Shown: one piece after another, positions 16,595-26,805 of the stretch
Position numbering within the stretch: the first letter of the stretch is position 1
How the letters are laid out: the number at the start of each line of letters is the position of its first letter
NCBI GenBank assembly: GCA_964394685.1
Contig: CAYMYO010000001.1
Coordinates: 14-64,013, forward strand
Reading direction: 5' to 3'
DNA from: an uncultured Gammaproteobacteria bacterium
GTDB taxonomy: Bacteria > Patescibacteriota > Microgenomatia > UBA10105 > UBA927
DNA length: 64,000 nt
The notes under the pieces: model-generated
Databases searched by the model: none
What the model saw: only the letters and a program-made list of their open reading frames with translations
What the model was told of the DNA's origin: nothing
Translations under genes and position numbers: made by a program

Positions 16595-17464
16595 ATGAAT
16601 ATAACACTCATCAGTGTGCTCGCTGGACTTGGAGGAATGCTCGGATGGGGGACATCTGATTTTTTTGCAAGCCAATCCACAGATCGTATTGGATATGTAA
16701 AAACATTTTTTTGGTCGCAGCTTATTGGATTAATTGTTATTATTTGTGTTGTTCCTTTTTCTGGAATAGTACTTCATTTTTCTTTTTCCGTGATTGGTTT
16801 ATTATTACTTTTATCATTTTTTTATACAGCTGGTTATTTATTATTTTATAAAGCATTTGAAATAGGAAATGTATCTGTTGTATCTTCAACAATCAATTTA
16901 TATGCGGTTTGTACGATGATTTTTTCTTTCATTTTCCTTGGTCAACGATTGACATTGATGCAAATAATTGCGGTTATTTTTATTTTTTTTGGAGTGACAT
17001 TGGTATCATTAAATTTTCAAGACATAGTTAAAGGAAAACTGTCAATATTATTAGGCGTTAAAGAAACGCTTTTATCCGCGTTAATTTTTGGAATATTTTG
17101 GACGGTAAGTAATGTTATCGCTAGTCAGATTGGATGGGTCGTTATCACTCTTGGAATCAAAATTGGCACAATTGTGTTGTTATTATTTTATTCATATTTT
17201 ATGAAAAATTCATTTAAATTAGAAAAAGTAAAGGTTAAAACAAAATACATACTTATTGGAGTAGGATTGTTGGATGTTATTGGAACAGCGAGCGTAAATT
17301 TTGGTTTATCTATAGGCGATGCGATTTTGATTACTCCAATCTCCACCGCCTTGTCAATTGTTACCATTTCATTAGCAGTGCTTTTTCTTAAAGAAAAGCT
17401 TAGTAGAATACAGGTAGTTGGAATAGTTACCACCCTTGCTGGTATTGTTATGACTGCTTTATAA
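16595..17464 (+). CDS. EamA/DMT-family transporter.
   Basis: About 10 TM helices. Duplicated EamA-like halves. ATG 16595 (MNITLISVLAGLGGMLGWG) is preferred over the upstream TTG. Confidence 0.65.
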   Translation: MNITLISVLAGLGGMLGWGTSDFFASQSTDRIGYVKTFFWSQLIGLIVIICVVPFSGIVLHFSFSVIGLLLLLSFFYTAGYLLFYKAFEIGNVSVVSSTINLYAVCTMIFSFIFLGQRLTLMQIIAVIFIFFGVTLVSLNFQDIVKGKLSILLGVKETLLSALIFGIFWTVSNVIASQIGWVVITLGIKIGTIVLLLFYSYFMKNSFKLEKVKVKTKYILIGVGLLDVIGTASVNFGLSIGDAILITPISTALSIVTISLAVLFLKEKLSRIQVVGIVTTLAGIVMTAL

Positions 17465-17465
17465 T

Positions 17466-18677
17466 TTACTCATACCTGATTGCGTCGATGGGGGAGAGAT
17501 CGGCGGCTTTTTTGGCAGGGAACACGCCGAAGATAATACCAACGCCGGATGATACTCCAAGCGCAATGACGACAGTCATCGCATCGATATAGACAGGGAA
17601 AAAATTGCGCAATACAAGTACAACCGCAAATGCAATCAGAAGTCCCAGTGCTCCACCTATTGCGGAAAGGAGTATGGATTCAGCCAGGAACTGATACAAA
17701 ATATCAGTTTTCAGTGCTCCCATTGCCCTTCTTATTCCAATTTCTCTGATGCGCTCAACAACAGATACGTACATGATATTCATAATTCCGATACCGCCAA
17801 CCAGTAAGGAGATAGCACCGATGGCAACGAATATGTAGTTTATTACGGAGAAGATAGAAAGAACGGAATTGATAATTTCAGTCTGTTCGACTACCGAAAA
17901 ATCTTCTTCGTTGTAACGTTCAGACATGATTTGTTTGACTTTTGGTATTACCAATGAGAAGGAATCCTGAGAGAATGTTTGGACATAGAAGGCAACAAAT
18001 TTTTTATCTGGATTGAATTGATAAGATGCGGTATAAGGAATATAGGCGAAAGCATCAAAATCTCTACCTACTATACCTCCAGCTCCGCCTTTAGGAGCTA
18101 AAACACCAATTATAGAAAAGTTTTGGTTTTCAATTTTGACATACTTACCCATGGCTTGATTTAAGTTATCAAAGAGTTTTTCTGCGAGTTTTGAGCCTAA
18201 AACAGCAACCTTAGCTCCTTTCCTTATATCAGTTTCGTTAAAGATGCGACCGACATTAGTTTCGAGATTTCTAACTGAGAAGATTTCCGGAGTAGTCGCA
18301 AAAACATCGGTTGTTTCTGTTACTCCAGAGTTGACCACATTGAGAGTTTTGACAAATATACCAACCACAGCTTTCACTTCAGGGATTTTCTTAAGATTTC
18401 TAAAGTCAATTTCGTCATAACGTTTTCCTCCAAATGCCCCAGGTCGGAACCCAAAACCACCACCTTGGGAGAATTTTCCTGGCATAACATACACAATGTT
18501 GCTTCCAAGTCGCTCGAATTGGTCTTGAATAAATATGCGAAGACCTTTGCCGAGAGCAAGCAACAGGACTACCGAGGTGACACCGATAAGAATGCCAAGA
18601 GATGTAAGAAATGTCCGGATTTTATTCCTGTTAAAATCTTCAAACGCAGATCTAATGATAAAAAGAAAATAATTCAT
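17466..18677 (-). CDS. ABC transporter permease, FtsX/MacB-like.
   Basis: N-terminal TM segment, a large periplasmic domain, and three C-terminal TMs (FtsX-like). It sits next to the ATPase and HlyD adaptor genes. Confidence 0.75.
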   Translation of the reverse strand: MNYFLFIIRSAFEDFNRNKIRTFLTSLGILIGVTSVVLLLALGKGLRIFIQDQFERLGSNIVYVMPGKFSQGGGFGFRPGAFGGKRYDEIDFRNLKKIPEVKAVVGIFVKTLNVVNSGVTETTDVFATTPEIFSVRNLETNVGRIFNETDIRKGAKVAVLGSKLAEKLFDNLNQAMGKYVKIENQNFSIIGVLAPKGGAGGIVGRDFDAFAYIPYTASYQFNPDKKFVAFYVQTFSQDSFSLVIPKVKQIMSERYNEEDFSVVEQTEIINSVLSIFSVINYIFVAIGAISLLVGGIGIMNIMYVSVVERIREIGIRRAMGALKTDILYQFLAESILLSAIGGALGLLIAFAVVLVLRNFFPVYIDAMTVVIALGVSSGVGIIFGVFPAKKAADLSPIDAIRYE

Positions 18678-18678
18678 G

Positions 18679-19350
18679 TTATTTTTGTTTGAATAATTTT
18701 CCATCCCGGATATATAGTTTTCTTCGTGTCCTATCTGCGACGTCCTGCTCGTGTGTGATGATGACAACCGTTACCTTGTCTTCGCGGTTCAGTTTTTCAA
18801 ATAAATCCATGATCGCGTTTCCGTTTTTAGAATCCAAATTGCCGGTTGGTTCATCAGCAAGAATCACCGCTGGCTGCATAATTAATGATCGGGCAATAGA
18901 CACCCGTTGCTGTTGACCGCCTGAGATTTTATTCGGAAATGATTTTTCTTTTCCGGATAATCCGAATTTTTTTATTAACTCCATTGCGCGGTCTTTTGGA
19001 TGAAATGAAAGGGCACGGCGCGCGTAAATTGTTGGAAGAAGAATATTTTCCAAAAGGGTAAGTTTATTAATGAGGTTAAATTGCTGAAACACAAATCCGA
19101 TAAATTCATTCCGCGCGTTGGATAATTCGTTGTCAGAATACTTAGATATATCGCGACCATTGATGGAAACAGTACCTTTAGTTGGGTTATCCAGTAACCC
19201 CATGATATGCATGAGAGTTGATTTTCCGGATCCGGAAGGACCAAGAATTGCGGTATATTCTCCCTTTGTGATTTCCAAACTGACATCGTCGAGTGCCTTG
19301 AATTCTTCTCCGGAGATGTCGTACTGTTTTGTAACATGAGAAAGTTTAAT
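18679..19350 (-). CDS. ABC transporter ATP-binding protein (MacB/LolD-type).
   Basis: Walker A GPSGSGKST, signature ISGGQQQRVSIAR, Walker B ILADEPTGNLD. Confidence 0.85.
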   Translation of the reverse strand: MKLSHVTKQYDISGEEFKALDDVSLEITKGEYTAILGPSGSGKSTLMHIMGLLDNPTKGTVSINGRDISKYSDNELSNARNEFIGFVFQQFNLINKLTLLENILLPTIYARRALSFHPKDRAMELIKKFGLSGKEKSFPNKISGGQQQRVSIARSLIMQPAVILADEPTGNLDSKNGNAIMDLFEKLNREDKVTVVIITHEQDVADRTRRKLYIRDGKLFKQK

Positions 19351-20398
19351 CATAGAGGATATCACCCTCAGCAAGACCGCCAGTAATTTCCGTCATGTCA
19401 TCGGATTCAATGCCGATTTGTACATATTGCTTCTCTTTTCCTTTAATCGTTTTTCTCATGACATAGTTTTTTCCGTTCTCGCTTTTTAAAAACCGGATGG
19501 GAATAGCAAGTACGTCAGGTTTTTCGGCAGTTGTGAATGTTGCATCAGCGGTCATGCCAATCCGATATTTTGCTATCGTATCAAGTGGAAAGCGGACATC
19601 AACTTCATAGACCGTGCTTGTTTCACCTGTCTTCGGAGTGAAAGCTACTGATTGAACGAATCCTTGAATATGGGTGTCAGGAAATGCATCAAATACAATA
19701 TCCGCCGACTGGCTGGAAGTTATTGTGGATACCTCTGTTTGATCAGGTAAAACAGAAAGATAGATGGAATCCGGATTTACTATTTCAAATTCCGCTTGCG
19801 TTGGTGTGACATTTACCCCAGCAATTGGAGACCCTACTTTTGTGACAACACCGGCAATTGGTGATATAAGCGTTGCGTATTTAAGAGCAATATTTTTCAG
19901 TTCTACGTCTAAAACCGCGCTGTTTAGATCAAATTGTGCCTTTTGAAGAGCTCTATCGGCATCATTCCTTTGATCCCACGTCAATCCCCAATATCTTTGG
20001 CTCGGTTCCCGGTATTCATCTTTGGTTTGATCAAAATCCCTGCGTTCGTTTTCATAGGTATTTAAATATTTTTGAAGATTTTTTTGAAGTTCAGCCTGAT
20101 CAAGTCCGGCGATAGCCTGATATTTAGTTACAACATCACCTTCTTTTACCCCGACCAACGCAAGGAGCCCTGAACTTTGAAACCGAAGGGTAATTTTTTC
20201 CTTGGCATCCAGTTTACCCGTCACCGTAAGGGTTTGTTTAATAGTTTCTCTTTTGACTGTGTGTGTAACCTCTTTTACGGCCTTTTTTGTTTGTTGTCCA
20301 AATTTATTCCATCCGACCAAAAGTACAACAACAAAAAGTGCAATGATCCAGGTAATTTTTCGTTTGTTGACAAAAGATAATAATTTCTGTACAACCAT
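19346..20398 (-). CDS. Efflux periplasmic adaptor subunit (HlyD/MacA family).
   Basis: N-terminal TM anchor, a coiled-coil hairpin region, then beta-barrel/lipoyl-like segments (LISPIAGVVTKV). Confidence 0.75.
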   Translation of the reverse strand: MVVQKLLSFVNKRKITWIIALFVVVLLVGWNKFGQQTKKAVKEVTHTVKRETIKQTLTVTGKLDAKEKITLRFQSSGLLALVGVKEGDVVTKYQAIAGLDQAELQKNLQKYLNTYENERRDFDQTKDEYREPSQRYWGLTWDQRNDADRALQKAQFDLNSAVLDVELKNIALKYATLISPIAGVVTKVGSPIAGVNVTPTQAEFEIVNPDSIYLSVLPDQTEVSTITSSQSADIVFDAFPDTHIQGFVQSVAFTPKTGETSTVYEVDVRFPLDTIAKYRIGMTADATFTTAEKPDVLAIPIRFLKSENGKNYVMRKTIKGKEKQYVQIGIESDDMTEITGGLAEGDILYD

Positions 20399-20404
20399 AC
20401 TACT

Positions 20405-21424
20405 ATGAAAAAATTAAAACTTAAGTTTCTTAAACACAAAAATCTGTTTTCGTTTTTTGTTCCAGTAGTTATTATAGCACTCCTCATCGGTGTCATTATT
20501 GTTAAGCGAAATAGAGATTATATGGTGACATTGAAAACAAAAACCATACCGGAAATAATAGCGAAGGTAACAGGGGATCCGACGATTAAAGTAAAAGAGG
20601 TCGCGAAATTGAAAAAAGTTAGCGGCATATACCAATTTGAACTCAATCTTGATATTGGCGGTACAGCAAGAACGTTTACGTCATACATGACGAAAGACGC
20701 AAAAATATTTTTTACCACAGGAAGTGTTGTGAGTGAACTTGGGAAAGCACCCGCAGCGGCTGGAGCACAACAAGAGCAACCGAAAGTGACATGTGCGGAT
20801 GTAAAAAAAGCAGATGTGCCGAAAGTGTCCGGATTTATCGTTGCGGATTGTCCGTTTGGCCTTCAGATGCAGCGATTAATGAATAAGGCTATTTTGGAAC
20901 AACCAGCGCTAAAGACTGTTTTTGATATCAAATATATCGGTTCAATTGTTGATGGAAAAATTACCGCTATGCATGGAGATAAGGAAGCACAAGAGAATCT
21001 GCGCCAGATTTGTATTCGGGAAGAACAGAAAAATTTCTATTGGTTGTATGTTTCTTGTTATATGAAAGAAGGTAAATTTTCAGAATGTCTTGCATCATCC
21101 GGAGTAAATACCGCTAATGTGAACGCGTGTATGACTGACAGCAAGCGTGGAAATGTATATGCACAAAAAGACTTTGATTTAGCAAATAAATTTAATATTG
21201 GCAGCTCACCAACATTACTTGTAAATGATTCCCAAATCGTGTCAGAATTTGATTTTGGAGGAAGAACTGCGGATGCGTTAAAACAAGTTGCATGTTGCGG
21301 ATCTAAAACACAGGGAAGTTTCTGTTCAAAGGCGTTGTCTACGGATCAAGTGGCTGCAGCATTTTCTGTGACTGAAGCAGCCGCAGCAGGGGGAGCAGCC
21401 GCAGCAAACTGCGGAGCAAATTAA
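20405..21424 (+). CDS. Membrane-anchored thioredoxin-fold (DsbA-like) protein with an Ala/Gly-rich C-terminal tail.
   Basis: N-terminal TM segment. FIVADCPFGLQMQ resembles a DsbA-type active-site region with a single Cys. The C-terminal low-complexity tail is AAAAGGAAAANCGAN. Confidence 0.4.
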   Translation: MKKLKLKFLKHKNLFSFFVPVVIIALLIGVIIVKRNRDYMVTLKTKTIPEIIAKVTGDPTIKVKEVAKLKKVSGIYQFELNLDIGGTARTFTSYMTKDAKIFFTTGSVVSELGKAPAAAGAQQEQPKVTCADVKKADVPKVSGFIVADCPFGLQMQRLMNKAILEQPALKTVFDIKYIGSIVDGKITAMHGDKEAQENLRQICIREEQKNFYWLYVSCYMKEGKFSECLASSGVNTANVNACMTDSKRGNVYAQKDFDLANKFNIGSSPTLLVNDSQIVSEFDFGGRTADALKQVACCGSKTQGSFCSKALSTDQVAAAFSVTEAAAAGGAAAANCGAN

Positions 21425-21435
21425 CGAGAAGATTT

Positions 21436-21478
21436 GAGGTGTTTAACAGCTGCTTCGGTGACCATGCGGCCGCGGGGA
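21436..21478 (-). other. Relic duplicate of the ruvB 3' end (about 43 bp, roughly 39 of 42 positions identical to 22840-22881). It would encode ...PRGRMVTEAAVKHLKSSR*.
   Basis: The direct nucleotide repeat GTTTAACAGCTGC.TCGGTGACCATGCGGCCGCGGGGA occurs both here and inside the true ruvB C-terminus. Confidence 0.7.
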
Positions 21479-21525
21479 ATAAATAAACTTAGAGCATTTT
21501 GATTACTTAATGTTATAATTTCTTC

Positions 21526-22713
21526 ATGGCAGAAGCTCAGCCCGTTTTAAATTTGAGGGAAATACCATTTTTTCCATTATCACCCAGTGATGAATTACAG
21601 CGTATTTGTGAATTAGGTAGACAAGTAGATTGTTCTGTTATACCAATTCCAGGTGCAGGATATGTTGTTCATAAAAATGATTCACCGTATATTGCTGAAG
21701 CACCCCTCGTTTTACTTGATTTTGATGATACAGGCGCACAAACAACATCTGATAAAGTTCATTGTTGGGAGGAAATACAGGCATTAGGAATTCCTCAAGA
21801 AGTGGTTAAAGAGTGCGATAAAATTTCTCGTGTATATCTTGGAGATGAAGAACCAATGTATGAACCTGAACTAGAGATGCGTTTACTTTCTCGAGCAAAA
21901 CAATTGGTAGATTCTCATAAGAGTATCGATAAAATACTTGCATCTGTACAAAAACTTCGCGCAGAATTAGTTGCAACAAGAAATTTTGATCAACAACAGG
22001 TAGAAACCGCAATTCGAAATATATATGATCGGACTAGATACACGTCAACGTTATATCCTGATACCATCGAGTCATTACGAAGACTTCATGGAAACGATGA
22101 GATTCCAACAAACGTAGCTATACTTACCTATGGAGACCCAGTATTTCAATTTACAAAGACATCCCAACTTCTTCGTGAAGGTGTTGTTTCGACAGTTTTT
22201 CTAACAACGACTAGAAAAGGAAGATTTTTTCAGGAAGCTTTACATGAAAATCCCTTTCAGCATTTTCCTTTAGTTTATCGATACACAGAAACTCCTCGTG
22301 GGATTGGGGTTGATTTTAAGAATTGGCAGGTTATGGTTGTGCTTTTTGATGATGATCCTAAACAAGTTACGAGTTTTAACAGTGTAGCAGAGCATGAAGG
22401 AATAACGGGATTAGGAGTCGTGCGTGTCAGAAGAGCTGGTGTTAAACGGGCAGAGAAGGATACGCCAATGGGAGCTTTGGTTACAGAAATTCAACCATCT
22501 GATACTTACCTTGATGCAAATTTATTTGAACAGGCAACGAAAGAATTAGAAATACGGGTATTAGAAAACTTTCTAGTCTCAGCGATAAAACAGTCTGGAG
22601 TTGATGTACTTACAGATAAAGATGTTGCAAGGATTTTTGAAATAGTTACTTTAGATAGAGAGATGACTTCAGACACATTACGAGTGTATCTTCTTGAAAG
22701 AACTAAGACATAA
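21526..22713 (+). CDS. Hypothetical protein with an N-terminal HAD-like DxD motif (cargo of the putative insertion).
   Basis: LVLLDFDDTGAQTT resembles HAD motif I (hhhDxDxT). The rest of the protein is unrecognised. Confidence 0.35.
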   Translation: MAEAQPVLNLREIPFFPLSPSDELQRICELGRQVDCSVIPIPGAGYVVHKNDSPYIAEAPLVLLDFDDTGAQTTSDKVHCWEEIQALGIPQEVVKECDKISRVYLGDEEPMYEPELEMRLLSRAKQLVDSHKSIDKILASVQKLRAELVATRNFDQQQVETAIRNIYDRTRYTSTLYPDTIESLRRLHGNDEIPTNVAILTYGDPVFQFTKTSQLLREGVVSTVFLTTTRKGRFFQEALHENPFQHFPLVYRYTETPRGIGVDFKNWQVMVVLFDDDPKQVTSFNSVAEHEGITGLGVVRVRRAGVKRAEKDTPMGALVTEIQPSDTYLDANLFEQATKELEIRVLENFLVSAIKQSGVDVLTDKDVARIFEIVTLDREMTSDTLRVYLLERTKT

Positions 22714-22747
22714 CGTTTTGTAATAGATTCGAAAGTGGTATTTTCCG

Positions 22748-22761
22748 TATGCACGTGCATA
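22748..22761. promoter_or_regulatory. 14-bp perfect palindrome TATGCACGTGCATA.
   Basis: Read directly from the sequence; it contains a CACGTG core. It lies in the 92-bp gap between the cargo gene and ruvB. Confidence 0.3.
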
Positions 22762-22805
22762 GCAAAAAGGAAACATTTTATTCCAACGGGATTGCTTCGC
22801 TCATT

Positions 22806-23831
22806 TTATTCGCTCGCAATGACATGCTCTTTTGAAGCAAGATGTTTAACAGCTGCGTCGGTGACCATGCGGCCGCGGGGAGTGCGTTTGAGAAATCCAA
22901 GCTGCATGAGGTACGGTTCGAGTATTTCTTCAACAGTACCAACATCTTCTGATATGGTCGCAGCTAATGTTTCAATTCCTATTGGTCCGCCATTATGTTT
23001 TTCAATAATGGTTGTAAGAAGTCGTCTATCAGAAGCATCAAGACCCTCTTTATCAATTCCAAGAAGAACAAGTGATTGCTCAAGAATAGATGCTGTTATC
23101 TCCGGAAGCCCTGCGACTTGCGCAACGTCTCTACTTCGTTTTAGTAGTCGTAGAGCTATACGCGGAGTGCCCCTACTTCGTTTAGCCAGTTCCAATTTTG
23201 CTTTTGCATCAATTGCGATATGAAGTTTTTTTGCCGCTTGGGTTATGATGTGTTCTAAATCAGCTGGTTGGTAAAAAGATAGCCGTTCAATAACCCCAAA
23301 CCGGTCCCGCATTGGAGATGAGAGAAGTCCCGCACGTGTCGTCGCTCCGACAATGGTAAATGGAGGAAGATCAAGCCTGAGTGTTCGCGCTGATGGTCCT
23401 TTTCCGATGATGATATCAAGAGCAAAATCCTCCATTGCCGGATAGAGTGTTTCCTCAACGAGTTTATTAAGCCTATGAATTTCATCAATAAATAAAATGT
23501 CATGAGGTTTGAGATTGGTGAGTATTGCAGCAAGATCTCCTGCCCGTTCTATCGCAGGACCAGATGTGATTCTGATGTTTACTTTCATTTCTTTTGCAAT
23601 CAGGTGTGCGAGCGTTGTTTTGCCTAAGCCCGGCGGTCCATACAAAAGAATGTGTTCCAATGCTTCCTTGCGTTTTTTGGCAGCAGTTATTGCGACGTGA
23701 AGACTTTTTTTTACTGCTAACTGACCGTAGAATTCATCCCAAGAAGACGCACGTAATGAAGTGATTATACGTTCTTCTTCAGGAGGCGTTGTATCAAAGA
23801 GAATATCTTCTTTCTTTTTGATTTGTTTCAT
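22806..23831 (-). CDS. ruvB: Holliday junction branch migration helicase RuvB.
   Basis: AAA+ Walker [10 protein letters not shown], Walker [11 protein letters not shown], RuvB C-terminal winged helix. Confidence 0.95.
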   Translation of the reverse strand: MKQIKKKEDILFDTTPPEEERIITSLRASSWDEFYGQLAVKKSLHVAITAAKKRKEALEHILLYGPPGLGKTTLAHLIAKEMKVNIRITSGPAIERAGDLAAILTNLKPHDILFIDEIHRLNKLVEETLYPAMEDFALDIIIGKGPSARTLRLDLPPFTIVGATTRAGLLSSPMRDRFGVIERLSFYQPADLEHIITQAAKKLHIAIDAKAKLELAKRSRGTPRIALRLLKRSRDVAQVAGLPEITASILEQSLVLLGIDKEGLDASDRRLLTTIIEKHNGGPIGIETLAATISEDVGTVEEILEPYLMQLGFLKRTPRGRMVTDAAVKHLASKEHVIASE

Positions 23832-23832
23832 A

Positions 23833-24405
23833 TCATTTTCCTAATAGCTTTAAGGCTTCACGAAGTTTTTGTTCCAGTGTGACTGTTTTTGCAGGTATTT
23901 TTTTGATAATTGTAATAACTTCGTTTCTCACAAATCCCATGGAACAAAGCGCATCTATGAGTTCTTTGGTTTCACCTTCAAACGCGTCATCTAAATTTAA
24001 ATCCTGTAAACTACCCAGTTTACTTTTGAGTTCAATGATAATTTTTTGTGCATTTTTTTTCCCAAGTCGGGGAATAGTCGTAAAAAATTCAACATCGCTA
24101 TGGGTAACTGCACGTTCAACTGCGTTTACTCCACGATCAAGAATGGGCAGAGCCGTTTTAGGACCAATACCGGAAACAGTAATGAGAAGTTCAAATAAGG
24201 TTAACTCTTCTTTGCTTGCAAATCCATAGAGATCAAATGCATCTTCCCGGATATGACTATGAATATACAAGAGTACTTTTTTGTTTACTTCGAGTGTTTT
24301 AGCAAATTGGTTGGTTATATATACGTTGTATCCTACGTCACCTACAAAAAATAACGCTGGGTTTTTATGAAATAAAAATGGTATGGCTTTCAGCGCGCCT
24401 ATCAT
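23833..24405 (-). CDS. ruvA: Holliday junction DNA-binding protein RuvA.
   Basis: MIGALKAI...[11 protein letters not shown], HhH motifs [13 protein letters not shown]-terminal domain III. Confidence 0.9.
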   Translation of the reverse strand: MIGALKAIPFLFHKNPALFFVGDVGYNVYITNQFAKTLEVNKKVLLYIHSHIREDAFDLYGFASKEELTLFELLITVSGIGPKTALPILDRGVNAVERAVTHSDVEFFTTIPRLGKKNAQKIIIELKSKLGSLQDLNLDDAFEGETKELIDALCSMGFVRNEVITIIKKIPAKTVTLEQKLREALKLLGK

Positions 24406-24890
24406 AAAAGTTTTTGTTTCATACGATACGAAAACGCATGGGTCAAGGCTATTGCGAGCGCGTCAGCTACATCATCAGGCTTTGGTGTTTTGGTTAGATG
24501 CAGCTGCCGGGTTACCATATATTGTACCTGCTTTTTGTCTGCTTTTCCATCGCCTGTTATACACCGTTTTACCTCAAGAGGACTATAGGAAAACGTTTTG
24601 ATTTTTTTTAGTGAACACGTAAGAAGAAGTACTCCGCGTGCTTGTCCAACGGACATAGCTGTCGTTGCGTTGGTTGCAAAAAACAATGTTTCTATGGCAA
24701 CATCATCTGGTTTGTATTTGGATAGAAGTATCGATACAGCTTCATGGATATCAACAAGTCGCTGGTCATCAGGTTTTTCTTTTTTTGTTTCAATGATGCC
24801 GTAGGCAATAGGTTTGGGTCCCGTGGGTGTTTCGGAAATGACACCCCAGCCAACACGTGCAGTTCCCGGATCAAGCCCCATAATAATCAT
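24402..24890 (-). CDS. ruvC: Holliday junction resolvase RuvC.
   Basis: [17 protein letters not shown]... is the RuvC catalytic N-terminus. It overlaps ruvA by 4 nt. Confidence 0.9.
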   Translation of the reverse strand: MIIMGLDPGTARVGWGVISETPTGPKPIAYGIIETKKEKPDDQRLVDIHEAVSILLSKYKPDDVAIETLFFATNATTAMSVGQARGVLLLTCSLKKIKTFSYSPLEVKRCITGDGKADKKQVQYMVTRQLHLTKTPKPDDVADALAIALTHAFSYRMKQKLL

Positions 24891-24949
24891 GGTACAGTTA
24901 TAGCACATTCTCTTTTGTTTTTCTTGCCAAAACCGTATACTTACATTCG

Positions 24950-25294
24950 ATGCCTTTCATTCTTAAATTTATCATCACGCTTGCCTCAACTCTTGCTGTT
25001 GTAGTAGGTACGAGTCTTGTCTGGCCAAAAATAATGAATCGTCCGATTCCAGATGCGCTTGAACAAGTGCAGAAAGCGGTATTGGGGACTGAAATCGGAC
25101 AACAAGCAAATGATAAATTGGAATCTCTGCATATTTCATCATCTCCTGGTGAGATAGTGAATACTGCTTTTGGACAAGTGCAGGAGAAAGCACAAGAGGT
25201 AGTGACGAGGGAAATTATTATCCAAGTAGTGAAAAAAATTGAAACACTTGCTCCTGACCAGCAACAAGCTATTAAAGAACAAATTTGCAAATAA
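24950..25294 (+). CDS. Small membrane-anchored hypothetical protein.
   Basis: N-terminal TM segment ([18 protein letters not shown]) and a Gln-rich tail. Confidence 0.35.
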   Translation: MPFILKFIITLASTLAVVVGTSLVWPKIMNRPIPDALEQVQKAVLGTEIGQQANDKLESLHISSSPGEIVNTAFGQVQEKAQEVVTREIIIQVVKKIETLAPDQQQAIKEQICK

Positions 25295-25295
25295 T

Positions 25296-26306
25296 ATGAA
25301 TGAAGAATTAAAACTTCGGGCGACAGAACTTATCGAAAAACTTAAGCTTGATGAGAAGCGGAAACTTCATCGTGAGCTCGAGGCCGCGAGCATGAAGGAA
25401 GATTTTTGGAAAGAGACAAAAGTTGCTGCGAAAACAATGAAGCGAATCGCAGAACTTGCAAAGGAAATTGAAGAAGGGGAAATGGTTCAGTTGCTGTTGG
25501 AAACTGGGGAAGAAGCAGAACTTGCAAAAGAGGTGAATCGGTTGGAATTTGCGACGTATTTATCCGGTTCGTATGATCGGGGAGATGCAATACTGTCTCT
25601 TCATGCAGGTCAAGGGGGAACTGAGGCTATGGACTGGACATCGATGTTAAACCGTATGTATCTTCGGTTTTGCGAGCGGAAAGGCTGGGAGACAAATGAA
25701 GTAGATTTTACCCCCGGCGATGAAGCTGGAATTAAAAGCGTCACAATTGAAGTGGCTGGAGCATATGCATATGGTTTTTTACGCGCAGAAACCGGTGTGC
25801 ATCGGTTAGTGCGGCAGTCTCCATTTAATGCAGATAATCTGCGTCAAACATCATTTGCCATGGTGGATGTGATGCCTGTGATTGAAGAATCGCAAATAAC
25901 AGCAATTCGCGAAGAAGATCTTATTTGGGATTTTTACAGGGCAGGCGGAAAAGGCGGTCAAAACGTCAATAAGGTTTCAACAGCAGTGAGACTAACGCAT
26001 ATTCCATCAGGAATAATTGTTACGTGTCAAAGTGAGCGGTATCAGGGACAAAACAGGGAATACGCGATGAAAATACTTCGGGCAAAATTGTGGACAAAAG
26101 AAGAAGAAAATCGTCAAAAAGAACAAGCGAAATACAAAGGGGTATACAAAACACCCGGGTGGGGGAATCAAATCAGGTCATATGTACTTCATCCCTATCA
26201 TATGGTAAAAGATCTGCGTACAGAGCATGAAACATCCAATACAGACAGGGTCTTGGATGGTGATATTGAAGATTTTATTATGGCGTACTTGAAAAAAAAT
26301 GTATAA
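25296..26306 (+). CDS. prfB: Peptide chain release factor 2, encoded contiguously with no programmed frameshift.
   Basis: SPF tripeptide (VRQSPFNAD) and GGQ motif (GGKGGQNVNKVSTAVRLTHIPSGI). The N-terminus aligns to RF2 without interruption. Confidence 0.9.
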   Translation: MNEELKLRATELIEKLKLDEKRKLHRELEAASMKEDFWKETKVAAKTMKRIAELAKEIEEGEMVQLLLETGEEAELAKEVNRLEFATYLSGSYDRGDAILSLHAGQGGTEAMDWTSMLNRMYLRFCERKGWETNEVDFTPGDEAGIKSVTIEVAGAYAYGFLRAETGVHRLVRQSPFNADNLRQTSFAMVDVMPVIEESQITAIREEDLIWDFYRAGGKGGQNVNKVSTAVRLTHIPSGIIVTCQSERYQGQNREYAMKILRAKLWTKEEENRQKEQAKYKGVYKTPGWGNQIRSYVLHPYHMVKDLRTEHETSNTDRVLDGDIEDFIMAYLKKNV

Positions 26307-26326
26307 GTCGTGATAATGGAGGAACT

Positions 26327-26800
26327 ATGGAAAAAATTGACCCGCTAACCAAAATAAAAAACAGTAAAGATTTCCCTATAACTCCCGAGGAAGAGGGAGT
26401 GACGAAACAAATGAAACTGATTATTGGCGCTGTATTTGTTCTCATGATTGGGTTTGGAATTTTGACCGGGTATATTATATCCGGAAAAAAACCCTCAACT
26501 ACACCATCGTCAACTGCTTCAGCTGGTCCAACAGCAAGCGGAAAAAATGTGTTTGGAAGTGCTGACAGTAAAACATTTACTGATAGTGCAACGGGGGTAG
26601 TTGAAAAAGACGGTGTTAGTGGTGAAGGAACGCATAAACTTATTCGGGATGGCGGACCATCTCAAACAGCATGTTTAGTTTCATCAGTTCTTGATCTTGA
26701 TCAATTTGCAGGAAAGAAAGTAAAAGTGACAAGTAAAACTATGGATGCGAAAAAATGTCCATGGTTTATGGATGTTGGACGTATTGAGATCTTACAGTAA
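26327..26800 (+). CDS. Hypothetical membrane-anchored protein upstream of ftsE.
   Basis: One TM helix (LIIGAVFVLMIGFGILTGYII), a Ser/Thr-rich linker, and a small extracytoplasmic domain. Confidence 0.4.
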   Translation: MEKIDPLTKIKNSKDFPITPEEEGVTKQMKLIIGAVFVLMIGFGILTGYIISGKKPSTTPSSTASAGPTASGKNVFGSADSKTFTDSATGVVEKDGVSGEGTHKLIRDGGPSQTACLVSSVLDLDQFAGKKVKVTSKTMDAKKCPWFMDVGRIEILQ

Positions 26801-26805
26801 TCGAA

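Noticed and set aside
25239-25295. A programmed frameshift or N-terminal extension of prfB ([19 protein letters not shown]).
   Set aside because: The in-frame upstream codons overlap the preceding small membrane ORF and carry no CUU-UGA shift site. RF2 homology starts at MNEEL (25296).
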